Positions 26,526 to 40,630 of a stretch of 64,000 nucleotides of DNA are shown piece by piece. Both the position numbers and the translations under genes were made by a program. Source of the DNA: Octopus vulgaris (lineage: Eukaryota); NCBI GenBank assembly GCA_951406725.2, contig OX597814.1, positions 25,854,001 through 25,918,000 of the forward strand, given 5' to 3'. How positions within the stretch are numbered: position 1 is the stretch's first letter; every line of letters begins with the position of its first letter. The notes beneath the pieces are model-generated. The model was not told the DNA's origin. It was given only the letters and a program-made list of their open reading frames with translations, and made no database searches.

Positions 26526-26924
26526 TGGAAATCTCTTAGGCTATATCATTTAAGTTGTCTTCCGATTTGAAGATTTTAGGGATAGTATAAGTGTAATGCT
26601 TTCATGAATTCTGTGTGGAAACATTTTACCTATACACTCCAATCAATATCTCAGCCACTTCAGCAACTACTTTTCTAAATGGTAGTTTTCACACATGATA
26701 ATGATTTGATTTTAATTGTAGTTCAATTTCATACTTTAATGTATCAATTTAAATAATTGCATTTAAGTTATTCCCTTCTACCATGAAAATTTATGCAGGC
26801 ATAAACATTCAGCTGCATTCAACTCAAAAGTACACTGGCATATATAAATACATGCATATTAGTTACAATATTTTAAATTCATCCCAGCTATGTATACAGA
26901 TCTATAAACAAAATAGTAACATAT

Positions 26925-27175
26925 TTTTTATTTGCTTCAGACAATAGACTGTAGCTATGCTGGAGCTCCACTGTGAAGAATTTTAATCAAATGAATTGAC
27001 CCCTCTATATTTACCCTGTATTTTTACCTGGTATTTATTCTATCGGTCTCTTTTCTCAAATCACTAAGTTACAGTGTACATAAACACACCAACACTGGTT
27101 GTCAAGTGGTGGGGTGAGGACAAACATAGACAAGAACACACGCACAAACACACACGCATATATGATGGGCTTCCT
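26925..27175 (-). mobile_element. SINE family B, 3' half
   Basis: Matches 35160-35410. Confidence 0.7.
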
Positions 27176-27332
27176 TATATATATATATAACTTTGATTGG
27201 TTTTGGCCAGTATAGGCCCAGGTCATATCTAACTCAATAGCGTATATATATATATATATATATAATTATAAATATAATTAAGGGATTAGCAACAAGTTTC
27301 TTTACCACATACCGAAAATTTAGAAATAGCAG

Positions 27333-27434
27333 TCAAAGACAGCTAATTCTTTTCACTACAGATATGACTCCACAAATAACAATATTGTTATTTGAGGAGT
27401 CATATCTGGAGTGAAAAGAATTAGCTGTCTTTGA
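27333..27434. repeat. 102-bp spacer-less palindrome (51-bp arms, 2 mismatches)
   Basis: TCAAAGACAGCTAATTCTTTTCACT..CAAATAACAAT|ATTGTTATTTG..AGTGAAAAGAATTAGCTGTCTTTGA. Confidence 0.95.
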
Positions 27435-27448
27435 TATATATATCTATC

Positions 27449-27482
<34 letters not shown>

Positions 27483-27526
27483 TGTATGTATGTATGTATG
27501 TATGTATGTATGTATGTATGTATGTA

Positions 27527-27579
<53 letters not shown>

Positions 27580-27614
27580 ATATATATATATATATAATCC
27601 AAATATATAATCCA

Positions 27615-27880
27615 CCTTCAATGTCAGACTGGGTAACCACTATTCTAGCTTCAAATCCCAAGAAAGATCTAATAGAACTTCTTTATCTCAGCTAATTCAT
27701 AACTTAAAACAAAATTCAATTCTATATAATTTAAAATAGTCCATTGTTACCCATGCCAAACCATATAATGGTTATAACAACAAATGCAATCTATGTACTG
27801 CTGAAGTCTTTTCTATTATGCAATCCACCAATTGTGTGACTGAATGAAACCATCTAATTTTTAATTGTAAACACCAATTA
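27615..27880 (+). mobile_element. Penelope-like element, GIY-YIG endonuclease C-terminal remnant
   Basis: FNVRLGNHYSSFKSQERSNRTSLSQLIHNLKQN, frameshift, YNLK*SIVTHAKPYNGYNNKCNLCTAEVFSIM; fits the PLE pattern R..NH.SSF..T.LS..LK..W.I..A.PY..CNLC..E. Confidence 0.75.
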
Positions 27881-28373
27881 TGTAACACATTCCTAAAGTA
27901 CAAATAATAGTGCCCACAACCCTGTTCTCCATAAACTATTCCCCCCTCCTCTGCAGGTCTTTTATGTATATATAACAAATTTCTAACTACTTTTATATTT
28001 TTTTATATTTTATATTTTTCTTAATCTCACAATCTCCCTGTATTTTCCTTCGGCACATGAGCATATGCCGATGTATACAAGGGCATGCTTGTAAGATACT
28101 ATAGGCACACAGAGAAAATATGCACATGCACACTAATATACATTTGTATAGTTTTACTGTTAAGCATTAAACTACCAAATTACCTAGAACTACTATGTTC
28201 CTCTATTGACCAGAAACATTATCTCCCACCTCCTTCTCCTTCTCCCTCTCTTCTCTTAACAAATTCCAACTTACTACTGCTCCTAAATTTTCACTTTCTC
28301 TTTTCTTGGCATTCTTACCTCTAAGATCTTTCCCTTTTTTTTCTTTGATTTTGTTTAAAGGTATATACAGGGG

Positions 28374-28598
28374 CAAGCTGGCAGTAACGTTAGCATGCCG
28401 GGCAAAATGCTTAGTGGTATTTTGTCTGTCGTTACGTTCTGAGTTCAAATTCCACCGAGGTCGACTTTGCCTTTCATCCTTTCGAGGTGGATTAAATAAG
28501 TGCCAGTTATGCCCTGGGGTCGATATAATCGACTTAATCCGTTTGTCTGTCCTTGTTTGTCCTCTCGGTGTTTAGCCCCTTGTGGGTAGTAAAGAAAT
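28374..28598 (+). mobile_element. SINE family A (alternative tail), 15-bp TSD
   Basis: TSD AGGTATATACAGGGG at 28359-28373 and 28599-28613; B-box GAGTTCAAATTCC. Confidence 0.9.
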
Positions 28599-28694
28599 AG
28601 GTATATACAGGGGTGCCACAATATATTTATTCATTTATTTACAATTGACATTGTGAATGGCCCTAGCCTATATTCACAAGGTTTTTATGGTTGG

Positions 28695-28863
28695 ATGTCC
28701 TTCCAGAGTGATTGGTGTTCGGAAGGACAGCTACCCGTAAAAAACCATGCCAAAACAGACACAGAAGTCTGCTGCTGTCTTCTGCTTGGCCAGCTCCTGT
28801 CAAACCATCCAACACATACCAGCATGGAAGGTAGACATTAAACAATGATGATGCTGATGATGA
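28695..28863 (+). mobile_element. RTE 3' UTR fragment
   Basis: ..CCATCCAAC..CCAGCATGGAAGGTAGACATTAAACAATGATGATG. Confidence 0.75.
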
Positions 28864-29442
28864 ATTTCACTTAGCCAGTTTCAGTCTTAACAACATTTTT
28901 CCACTCACTCTTCCCCATCTCCTTTGCTTTGTTCTTATTCTTTTTCTGAATAACTTTAGACATATGCCCACTCCCATATCTTATTTCTTCACACATATGC
29001 TTTTCTTTTTTATTCTTTCACTCTGTACTTTCCACTCATTTTCAATTAAATCTCCTGCAAGTTTCTTGAGATCCCTTTATGACAATGTAACCTTCATTTA
29101 GCTAAAGTATCTTTGGCCTGATAAGTAGTTAGTGGAGTAACCTTGTTGAGCAATTATTACTTCCAAGGTACTACTAACTAGGAAACATATGTAGCCTAGG
29201 TTTTAACTGACCCATTCTCTAAATTTGGATTTTTATTCACATAGCAACCTTAGTTGCTAACTGTGAACAATAAAGTAACTTTTTGCAGCTTATCAAACTT
29301 TGATATGAGAAAAACTTACAATCTTCTATGCCAATAAACCACTATTGTTTCTGAAAGTTGTTTTTTATATCTTCCACAGACTGCTTGAAGCTTACTTACT
29401 TCCTACACATGGATCCTGGAATCTTACATTTACATATCATTA

Positions 29443-29478
<36 letters not shown>

Positions 29479-29954
29479 TATATACGTATGTATGTATGTA
29501 TGTATGTATGTATGTATGTATGTATGTATGTATGTATGTATGTTTGTATGTATGTATGTATGTATGTATGTATGTATGTATACTTATATATATATATATA
29601 TAGCTCTGTTGCATGATGGTAAACTTAGCAGGTGAAAGAATTGCAGGGGCTACAATGTGAATTCTTCTTCCTTGACCGCTTCATTTTGTTGATTTAGAGA
29701 GAAGTGGGGGGAGAGAAAGGGATAGGAAGAAAGAAAGTAAGAGAGATGAAAAATTAACCCAGTACTTGAGCAGTAGTTTATTTATGGACCTCAGAATGAT
29801 AAAAGGTAAAATTGGCATAGGCAGAATTTGAATCCAGAATGCAGAGAGCTAAAACAAATATCAAAAGGCATTCTATCCACTGGCTTTGCCACTTTGCTAC
29901 CTTCACCTTTTGTATTAAGTACCTTTTTTCAGATTTTTCAATTCAAATGCATTT

Positions 29955-30245
29955 ACATACATACGTACATACATACATACACATACATACATACATATAT
30001 ACATACATACACAAGCACATACACAAGCACATACACACGCACATACATACATACATACATACATACATACATACATACATACATACATACATACATACAT
30101 ACATACATACATACATACATACATGCATGCAGGCATACATACATACATACATATATATTTCATACATACAAACATGCACACATACATACTTACATATATG
30201 TATGCATATATATGTGCACGTATGTATGTGTGTGCAAACACACAC
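29955..30245. repeat. (CATA)n microsatellite
   Basis: Direct reading. Confidence 0.95.
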
Positions 30246-33200
30246 AATTGCTATCTTCTTTATTCTTATATTACCCCTCTTAACCCCTCTCTTTCTCTCC
30301 TTTTCTCCATTAACACACATAACTAAACCGTATATATAATTTATTTTTAATTTCATTTATGTTATTTGATTGTTTCAGCCAAAATGAAAGTATCTATATT
30401 ATGTGATGAATAACAATAGTCTTTCTTTGGAAACAAAAGGTTGCTTGTTTGCCAGTTAGTCAAAGATACCATCAAAATATATAATATTGGTTGAAACTAA
30501 AAAGTGTAAGAATCTTCTCATTACTTTGCCCTCTCCTTGCCACTATTTAATCACTACAAACACATATGAAATTAGATCAACTGTGGGTGGGCAATACATA
30601 GAGTTGTTGAAAGAAAGGGTCAAAAATGAAAATAAGAATCACAGCAGAAGCTTACAAAAGGTTTCATAGCCCAAAGACCTTTTCAGTTAACCCTTAATCT
30701 CAAAATATGATATAGCATTCTGACAGCTCAACTCAAGTGACATTTTACTGTTTAAAGCCCACTGTCTCAATTTGGCTGACATACACCAAAGGTCAGCCTT
30801 CAACTTATTATTAATTGACAGTGCCAATCAGAATAGAAAAATTAGCATCTTCAAAAAGAACCGGGCATTATTGCATATGTCATTATGATGCTGATGTATG
30901 AAGGTTTAGCTGGCTTGAGATGATTTTGGTTGTGTTGATGGTCATAGACACATAAGGATGTTGATGGGTGTGAGATGAGGACTGGTTTGGGTAGAGATTT
31001 CTTTTTCCTCCAAGCCGTGTATGAAGACATTGCAATAAGTTTAGTCAAAACTGGACAGAAGCCTTCTCATTATATAACTATATAATTTTCCCCATATCCC
31101 TTCCATTTAATTTCATTGGCTTTCAGTTGTGTATTCACACATTCTACATTTTCTTGTCAGTTTTCTTTCTTTTAGCTACTTCATTCACCAGCCACACACA
31201 TTTGTCTGTTCCTGTAAATAAATTCTTCTCTTTATTCTCACTCTCACTCAGTCTCATTCGTTCAATCTCACTTTCCCACCCTTTCTCTTCCCTCTCCACC
31301 CCATCCAGTCTCCCCCCTCTCTCTCTCTCTTTATTTCTTAACTCATTTATTTCTTCCTCAAATTTTTTCACTTTATATTTCATTTATTTCATTATTTCTC
31401 TCTCCTTCCATTCCCTTAACTCCCATGTTTTTCTCATCCTAAGTCTTTTTCTTCAAAACTTTTGATTCTTCTTCGTACACCAATCTATAAATCTTCTTTT
31501 TCATTCCCTTTATTCTCTTTCTCTGATAACTCACAAATCTTTTCTTTCTGTACTTGTTTTTAGCTAATTCCTTTTCCAATCATTCTTCTCTATTTCATTC
31601 TTCCTTTCTCTGAACCTCTCTCTCTCTCTCTCACCCCCCTCTCTTTCTCTCTCTCTCTCTCTCTTTATTGATCATACTTTCAGTCCAGTCTAATAATCAC
31701 TTATTTAACTTACACTTCATCTCTTATTTTCTTCCACTTTTTCAACATTCTTCTCTCCACTGCTTTTTCTTTCCATTCTCACATCAATTTCTGATTTTCT
31801 TTCCTAGCTCTCCTCACTCTTTTCTCTTAGTCATTTACTCCCTTTTCCTTTTTTTCCTTCACTCTGTCTCTTCTTTTCTTCCTCACCCTGATTAGTTATG
31901 TCATTCTTTGATTTTTTCCTCTTCCTCTCACTATATTATTCTTTTCTTACTCTTCTCCTTCACCCTCTCTATATATCATCAGTATTTTGGTTCACACTCG
32001 CTCCATATACAATTTATTATTCCTCTATTAAACTTGTATTCATCTTATTCATCTTATTCACTTTTTGCTTACCCTTTCCTAATATTTCCCACCTCTACAC
32101 TCTTCTTCCTTTTCACTGGACCGCTTTTCACCATTTCTTATGCCCATCTCATTTGCTACCCCCCCCCACCTCAAACTGACATACATACATACATGCATAC
32201 ATGCATACATACATACATACATACTTACATACATACATACATACATGCATGCATGCAGGCATACTTGTATACAATCCCTCTGCAGCACATCTCTTCTGAC
32301 TATATCTTTATTATATCGTAAATTTGCTTTACACATACTTCACCTCGTTACCTTTTTCCATAATTTCTTGCTAAGTGTCAATCTAACTTACCACCTTTCT
32401 CCCTCACACACTCACCCTGGACAAAGTCTATGGAATTGGCTTCTACTGAAGTGTTAACCATGTGATTTCTAGAATTAGTTACTCCCAACTGTTTAGACAT
32501 TAAATTCCAAGAACAGGCGTTATAATGTCATTGAAACTGTCAAGGTTTTGGTATGGAAACTGAAGCAGTAGTAACAGAACAGTTTGTGAATTAATAGCTC
32601 AAACCACTCCCCTACATCCCCCAATACACTTCAGAATCATGCCAATGCATACACTCACAATGTGTGATATGTGTGTATATATGAATATATGTATATGTGT
32701 ATATATACATCCACTTGCAAACGTGAATGCATACATATTCACTAGGCACCCGTTTTCATTTATGTACACTTACATACATACACTGTACTTTCACAAAGAA
32801 TGTTTAATGCATTGCTACAGGTATACACAGTCCATTTATGCAACCCTTATTACACTTCTAAGTGAAAAATATACACTGCTTGCATACATTTCATAAGGTG
32901 GTTTGGTATGAAAAAGAATTACTGACTTTAAAAATATTTACTCCTCATTTTACCTGATAGAAAAGTTGCCAACATTCACACTTCATGCCTGAAGTTTTAT
33001 TAAAAGAAGTGGCTAAAAAATACACACCTGAGCAGAAAATATATAACAGTTATATTTTATTTTACAAAACTTGACTTGAAGATAATATCCTGAGCAAGAA
33101 AATGAATGAGAAGGGGGAAAATATGAAAACAAAGACGAGAAAAACTAAAGGTGGACAAGTTCAATTTTTTTTCAGAAAGTATATAGCACTTATGACTAGA

Positions 33201-35159
33201 TGCACTTCTATCATTGTTCATTGGAATGGCAAATACCTCAGCAATTTCAACTCTTTTTTAAATCATAAAACTCTACTTGTAATATTGATTCTGATAATAT
33301 TACTGGTGGCTTTATTGTAAGCAAGTCCTGTTAGATAATTATATTTACTTTTTTCCAGTATACTTTTTATTGTGTATATACATCATTTATTTTGTAGTAA
33401 CCTGGGTCATATCATTTCATGGTTGTGTAAACATACTTTATGTTTTTTCATCCATGAACATCTTTTAAATTTCTTACATTGAGATGTATTAGTATGTTTA
33501 AAACATAAATAGTCTGTTGCAAAATGAAACATAATTCCCAGGCAGCACTTTGTTAACTTACCGGAATTCCTTTGACTCCACTTGTCTTGATATTGGGAAT
33601 GAATAACTTATAGTGCTACAGAATATGGACATTTGCACTCTATAGAAAATGAACATTAGCTCACACAAACTCGAATGAGAGCTTCAAAATGTCTGAACTG
33701 AGTTAGCATTATTTGTGCTATGCTACATGAGGTATAACCCCTCAGGTTCATTCTCCAGCAAGAAAATATAAAAACATTTCAGTATTGGGAATTTTGAATG
33801 TTTAGTATCTGATTTGATGATAAAATAAATTGTATGTACAAAAAAGAAAGAAAAATCCCAAAGGGTTGTGATTTCATTTTTCATATTCTCTTTCTAAATT
33901 TATTTTAGTCTTGTTGTTACAGGAGTGCTTATAAGCAGGAATTGAAATCATAAGACTCCAGTTTTAAGCTACAAGCATTCCCTTCAAAATTGAACCCAAC
34001 AATTTTTTTATATATATGGTAGTTGTCTTAAACATAATTTATTTGTCAAGCCCCCAACTGTAATTTCATTTTCTTGAAGTGTATCTAATGCAAGTCGACT
34101 TAATGGAGCCTATTTATTGTCATATATCTATGGTACGATTTATAAGTCAGCATTGCAAGTTAATGAAATACTTGTCAGTATATTCATTTTGCTTACAGTT
34201 CCATCATGATACTTATCTACAGCTAGATTAATTAAACCAGTGAGAGGTAAGTGTTTTGTCCATAGATAAAGCATAATGTTCTGACAGGAAATGAACTATT
34301 GACCCCTTGAGAAACAGGTATGCATCTTATTGATTTGGTCAGCTAAGATTTTCAATTATGTTTGCATACACAGAATTTATTAATTCGTATATTGAGTGGT
34401 AACTTCTGCAATATCCTATAATATAGTAATATATGATAAGTAACTTCTCTCATGATATTGTAATTGTGTACCTTCTGACATGGCTGCGTGAGAATTTCTT
34501 TTCTGATATGTGGAAGTTATACAATTCTAGATAATTTTCTTTGTTATATCTTGCTTGAAATTCCAGTGAAACCTTCATTGCAAAAGAAAAATTCCGAATA
34601 TTATCAAATAAACACACAACAGGATATCTTACAAAAAAAGGGAAAGCCCATAACAGCATTTATTGAATAAAGACGTGTTATATCATGGAAGCACAAGCAA
34701 TAAAGAATTCACAATGAAAAATGCTCTCCATTCTCAGAGTTCAGAAATAGTTTCTATAACCGTCTAAGACAGCCACAAATATAGGATTATAATGTCAGAT
34801 GTACAACCTTTCCTGTAGAAGACAACTCTATTACTTCCCAGTATCAGCTGGATTTTAACAAAATACAGTCTGAATAATTTGTTGTTACAATTCTTTTATG
34901 ATTATGTTGGCAAAATGTTAAATGCAGATCCAAAAGAAGTGGTTGTTAGTGAGTGGCAACTTAGGATTTCTGCTCTGTCATGATTGTCTAGTACCACTAA
35001 GTGTAGGTATTTTCCTGTTTGTAGGTGGAATATTTTTTGAAAAAAATGCCTATTTTTGTTTTCCCTTTGATGTCACATTTTGAATTTTGTTCAGTAACTA
35101 AAAAGTGTTCATGAAAATGTCACATTTCTCAGTCAGACAAGACAGGCAGCATATTTTTC

Positions 35160-35570
35160 TTTACTCTTTTACTTGTTTTAGTCATTTGACCGTGGCCATG
35201 CTGGAGCACCACCTTTAGTCGATCAAATCGACCCCAGGACTTATTCTTTGTAAACCTAGTACTTATTCTATCAGTCTCTTTTGCTGAACTGCTAAGTTAC
35301 AGAGACGTAAACACACCAGCATCGGTTGTCAAGCGATGTTGGGGGGACAAACACAGACACACAAACATACACACACACACACTCTCATATATATATATAC
35401 ATATATACGACGGGCTTCTTTCAGTTTCCGTCTACCAAATCCATTCACAAGGCTTTGGTAGGCCCGAGGCTATAGTAGAAGACACTTGCCCAAGGTACCA
35501 CACAGTGGGACTGAACCTGGAACCATATGGTTCATAAGCAGGCGACTTACCACACTGCAACTCCTACGCC
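35160..35570 (-). mobile_element. SINE family B, best-preserved copy
   Basis: Retains many CpGs; head GGCGTAGGAGTTGCAGTGTGGTAAG..GGTTCAGTCCCACTG..GTACCTTGGGCAAGTGTCTT. Confidence 0.9.
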
Positions 35571-35869
35571 TTTAACTATTTTCATAGAAAGATTAGGTTT
35601 CAACACCAGACTAGAATATTGTTCATTCTATTTCCATTCATTGTCTGTTGTATTTGAACTCATCCAGACTCCAGTATGTTACAAGAATAAGATATCAGTC
35701 TTTTCTTTAACACCAGCATCTGAAAATAAATCTATTTATATGTTAAAGAATCTACTTTGATGAGGACAATGTACTGTAGTGAATTTAATCAATCATTATT
35801 TCTTAAAATGTGAATCACATCTGGTGAAAAAAATAATCCAGATTTTTTTGTGGTAAATATACAAGTTCA

Positions 35870-35916
35870 TTGTGCTATGAAGTGGAAGACAAACACAGAC
35901 ACAAACACACACACAA

Positions 35917-36005
<89 letters not shown>

Positions 36006-36165
36006 TAGATATATATCTGATGCACATCTTTCAGATTCTGTCTACCAAATCTGCTACGATCAACCTGAGGCCATAGTAGAAGACATTTGCCCAAGGTGGG
36101 ACTGAATCAAGAAGTATGTGGTTGTGAAGCAAGCTTCTTAACCACACACACCTATGCCTGCATCT
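35870..36165 (-). mobile_element. SINE family B 5' half with expanded TA/GATA repeat
   Basis: Head and body motifs as in 35410-35570. Confidence 0.7.
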
Positions 36166-36275
36166 TATACATATCCATATATATATATATATGTGTATCA
36201 TCATCATCATCGTTTAACGTCCATTTTCCGTGCTAGCATGGGTTATATATTATGCCACTTTTTCTACATATTCCA

Positions 36276-36306
<31 letters not shown>

Positions 36307-36396
36307 AAATTAAATAATAAGGGTATTAATTAATATTAATCAATTAAAACCAGTGGCTTAGCATATTTAAAAAATCCGAAGATTAAAAATTGTTAC

Positions 36397-36549
36397 ATAC
36401 AAAATTTAGAGGAATGACCACTAAAGTGGACACCCTTTATGTTAAACATAGATGTCAAATCGCCATTACCACAAAGAATGTATTCTCAAGAATACATTGT
36501 TTAGCATAAAGGGTGTCTACTTTAGTGGTCATTCCTCTAAATTTTGTAT
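36397..36549. repeat. Inverted repeat, 52-bp arms, 2 mismatches
   Basis: 36397-36448 vs 36498-36549; spacer holds the hairpin AATGTATTCT-CA-AGAATACATT. Confidence 0.95.
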
Positions 36550-36682
36550 ATATATATACACACACACACACACACATATAGATATATGCTGTATATATAT
36601 ATACATACATACACACATACCTACATACATACTTACATATATACATAATACTCAAACACACACACACACATTAGCCCATTCT

Positions 36683-36916
36683 TATTTCTTTATTGCCCAC
36701 AAGGGACTAAACATAGAGGGGACAAACAATGATAGACAAAGGGACTAAGACCATTACATCAACCCTAGTGCGTAACTGGTACTTAATTTATCAACCCCGA
36801 AAGGATGAAAGGCAAAGTCGACCTCGGCAGAATTTGAACTCAGAACATAACAGCAGACAAAATACCACTAAGTATTTCGCCTGGTGTGCTAATGTTTCTG
36901 CCAGCTCGCCACCTTC
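36683..36916 (-). mobile_element. SINE family A (alternative tail), 14-bp TSD
   Basis: TSD CATTAGCCCATTCT at 36669-36682 and 36917-36930. Confidence 0.9.
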
Positions 36917-36934
36917 CATTAGCCCATTCTGCTA

Positions 36935-37086
36935 GGTGGTTGGTGTTAGGAAGGGCATCCAGCAGTAAAAACCCTTCCAAAACAGACATAGAAGTCTGGT
37001 GTAGGCTCCTGATGGGCCAGCTCCTGTCGAACTATCTAACCCATACCAGCATGGAAGGTAGACGTTAAATGATGATAATGATGATG
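36935..37086 (+). mobile_element. RTE 3' UTR fragment
   Basis: GTGGTTGGTGTTAGGAAGGGCATCCAGC..GACGTTAAATGATGAT. Confidence 0.8.
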
Positions 37087-37325
37087 GTAATATATATATT
37101 TAATGACATTTTTGTATCCTATTTTATGTGGATATATTATTGGAACATTGAAAACTGTGGTATTCACCTTGTGAGATCATCTCATACAGATAGACATATG
37201 GTGCTAAGCTCACAGGCATATACCAAAGCAGATGAAAACTATCTAGCATGGGAGCCAGGAAGTAGGATATAAAGATTGTCATTCAGTATTAATTGCTCAA
37301 ATGTATGTGTGTTCACACCAAAAGC

Positions 37326-37358
<33 letters not shown>

Positions 37359-37390
37359 TGTGCATGCATGTATGCATGTATGTATGTATG

Positions 37391-37469
<79 letters not shown>

Positions 37470-38036
37470 CTGATATACCCTTAAGCTATTCTATCATCTT
37501 CAACATAAACTGAACCCTTAGGGCTAACCCAATTGCCTACAGATATTTCATCATGATATTTGTCATCAAATTCTTTCCAATATTCAGATGGAATAAAGTT
37601 ACCTTAATTCTCTCTTGGTGCCTATTGTAAAGTGACATGTAAACTGTTATATTATTTGTTTCATGTTAATAACTCATTCTCAGCCATGTTAATCTTTAGA
37701 TTTTTGAACTGAGAATATTCTTCCAATTTTGAAATTTATTATTACATTTTTTCTACATATTCTTCAAAAGGAAGCAGTTTAATGACAATACAAAAGCTCT
37801 CAATGACATCTATATAATATTTAAAATTGAACAATTTTAGCCCATTTATAAGCTGCATCCTGTACATAACTTGCAGGAACATGATTAAAATCCTGTCATT
37901 TTCTGCATACTTGAGTCAGACACTGAGGCAAGTGAACTGAATGAAATAAAATAATTTTGCAAGGTATTCGCCTAGTTTATAGCTCAGAAATTACTCATTG
38001 TGTTGTATATCATATGCATGTATTGTATCTCATATG

Positions 38037-38760
38037 TACAAGGTGCATTCCTGAAGCTTTGAGACTTTTTCATGAGAGTCGTTATTCATTTGAAAGAAGT
38101 CCAAAACTCTAATTTCCCTCAAAGTAGGATCCTATGACTTCAATGCACTTGTAGTGTTTTCCAGCCACTTTTTGAAGGCCCCATGGAAGTCCTCCAAAAT
38201 GAAGGTGTCCAGAACCCTTGAAACATATTCTTACATCTTCTCAATGTCCTCAAAACAACTATCCCTCAAGTTCTCTTCAGCTTGAGGAACAACTGAAAGT
38301 TACAGAGATCAAGGCCTGGACTTTAGGGAGTGTGGGAGGTAATTTTGATACCCATCTCTCTCAAGTAGTTGATTACCTGGATGGAATTGTGGACTGGTGT
38401 ATTTGCCACCAACCCAAGTTGAAAAGTTCTGATCTTTTGTGATGAAATCTCTCCCAGATATCTCTCAAAGCTACCACAAAGTACTTTTTGTTGACCATCT
38501 GGCCAGAGGTAAGCCAGGGGATGTAGATGATGTCCTTACTATTAAAAAAGGGGGTCATCATGTGTTTCCTTATGGACATGCATTTCCTGGCCTCTTGTAC
38601 CAACGAAAAACAAATACTCATCTCAAACAAAGTTAATCCATAAGAAGTCTGGAGCATTTCATAAGTTTCTGTGGTGTTTTTGCCAAGTTTAACACAAAAC
38701 TTTATTGCATATCACACTTCCTAATTGTCTTCCTGTTCCAACTACATTTTTCACTCTATT
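38037..38760 (-). mobile_element. Internally deleted mariner transposon
   Basis: FCVKLGKNTTETYEMLQTSYG (~38635-38700), MMTPFFNSKDIIY..GQMVNKKYF (ORF 38373-38657), EDFHGAFKKWL..YKCIEVIGSYFEGN* (~38110-38195); TIR-like TACAAGGTGCATTC. Confidence 0.8.
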
Positions 38761-40432
38761 AGCTGTGTTCAAAGTTACAGCCACCTCTTTCAATCTTGAA
38801 TTTGAAAAAAGGCATAGGCAGGTCAGCTTAGTAGGTGTATAGTAATAATATATAATATTGCAATAATCTGGAACAATTATAACTGCCTCTCCTAAAAAGT
38901 TTCAAACCACCTGAAATGTTTTTTTTTTCTTGTTTATTTAACAGGGTTGGACATCATTTATAATGTTATCTGTCAATGAACTGAAAGAATAAAAGCCTTG
39001 CCACTCCAATCCCTAAAAAACATATTTAATGCCTCTTGTTATAAAATTATATACTATTAAAAAGTTATTTAAGCCAATATAGATTACAAATTATAAGCCA
39101 ATATAGATTACAATTATAAAGTCAAAATTTTAGGCCAATATAAATTACAATTATAAAGTCAAAATTAGAGTTTTACTGAATAGTATTCAGTATTTTACAA
39201 ATTTTAGTTTAAATCATACCAATCTCACCAGGTTTACAAACTTTTGCATCTACATAACACAAAAGAAAAGTGAAAAAAATAAAAAATAAAAGAAAGAAAA
39301 ATATTTCCTTAAATTATATGACTAAAGGCATTCCATGGTGGAACATTTTGCAGTTAATTGCTCTTTTGATTTTAGCAAGTTCACAAGTGTTATTAGAATG
39401 AATTAGTAGTTCTGTAGTGAGAACATTTGATACTTGGCTCCTTTGTTGCAAGTAAGTTAGAGAGAGAGAACAACTCTAGTATTTGAGTGTTACCTTATGG
39501 ATCAATCTGGAAAAGATTGAAGTCAAAGTGAGCAATGGAAGGATTTGAACTCAGAGTGCAAATAATCAGGGCAAATACCACAAAATAGTTTATATGACAT
39601 ATTAATGATTTCAACAATACACCACCTTGTTAATTACACTAAAACTTATATAACTTGTAGTTCAAAAGAAAGAAAACATGACTTAATGGATTCAGCAATA
39701 ATATGGGAATTTGTATAATGAAAATACTAACAAGAATTGTAAAGAGTTTCTATTCAAAGGTAAGATATATGTTATGTATTCATTTAAAGTATTTAGCATG
39801 ATATAGCTTAATTTAGAAGTTAACTTTTTAGAGAACAGCCACTTAACCAAGGGGAAATGTATCAGCTATTTGCTTACAGAAAATTAGTCATAACTGCTAT
39901 CAGTAAGTGTTATAACTGCTCATATAGTAAAAAAAAAAAGCAAATGAAAATTAAACATATAATGAAATGCTAAGTAAAATAACAGAAATATTTTCCAATC
40001 GTGTAAAATTGGACTACCTCATAGTAAGCAACAATACAACAGAAGATTTTTTTTTCAAAACATAAAATTGATGCTGTAGAAGCTAATGGAACAAGAGGCA
40101 ATTTTATTTTATATAATTATTTTATACTTTTTATAGTGTTCATTTAGTACAGAAAATAAATTCTACATTTGTAAAGGATAGATCTTATGATTTTTCTGCA
40201 AATAAATGTATTAGGTACTTATCACTTATATACCTATTCATATATATATACTAAACCCATGAGAGCATATATGTGTGTGTGTCTGTGTGAGTATGTGCAT
40301 GTACATATGTATGTGTGTATATATATATACTTTTACACACGCAACACAGATGCATGTATATGTATTTATGTCTAATATACTGTATATGTATCTTTTTATC
40401 TATATGCATATGCATGAATACATATACATATA

Positions 40433-40500
<68 letters not shown>

Positions 40501-40569
40501 TATATGTATATTTATATATATGTGTATATATATATACACACACACATATACATATATATACATATGTGC

Positions 40570-40630
<61 letters not shown>

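Noticed and set aside
28374-28460. tRNA-like A/B boxes
   Set aside because: SINE head with TSD; no cloverleaf
31127-32180. Hydrophobic F/L/S-rich ORFs resembling membrane proteins
   Set aside because: CT-rich low-complexity DNA with no domain signal
34660-34760. YHGSTSNKEF..H.QS, GIY-YIG-like fragment
   Set aside because: Too short and decayed to support; possible PLE remnant only
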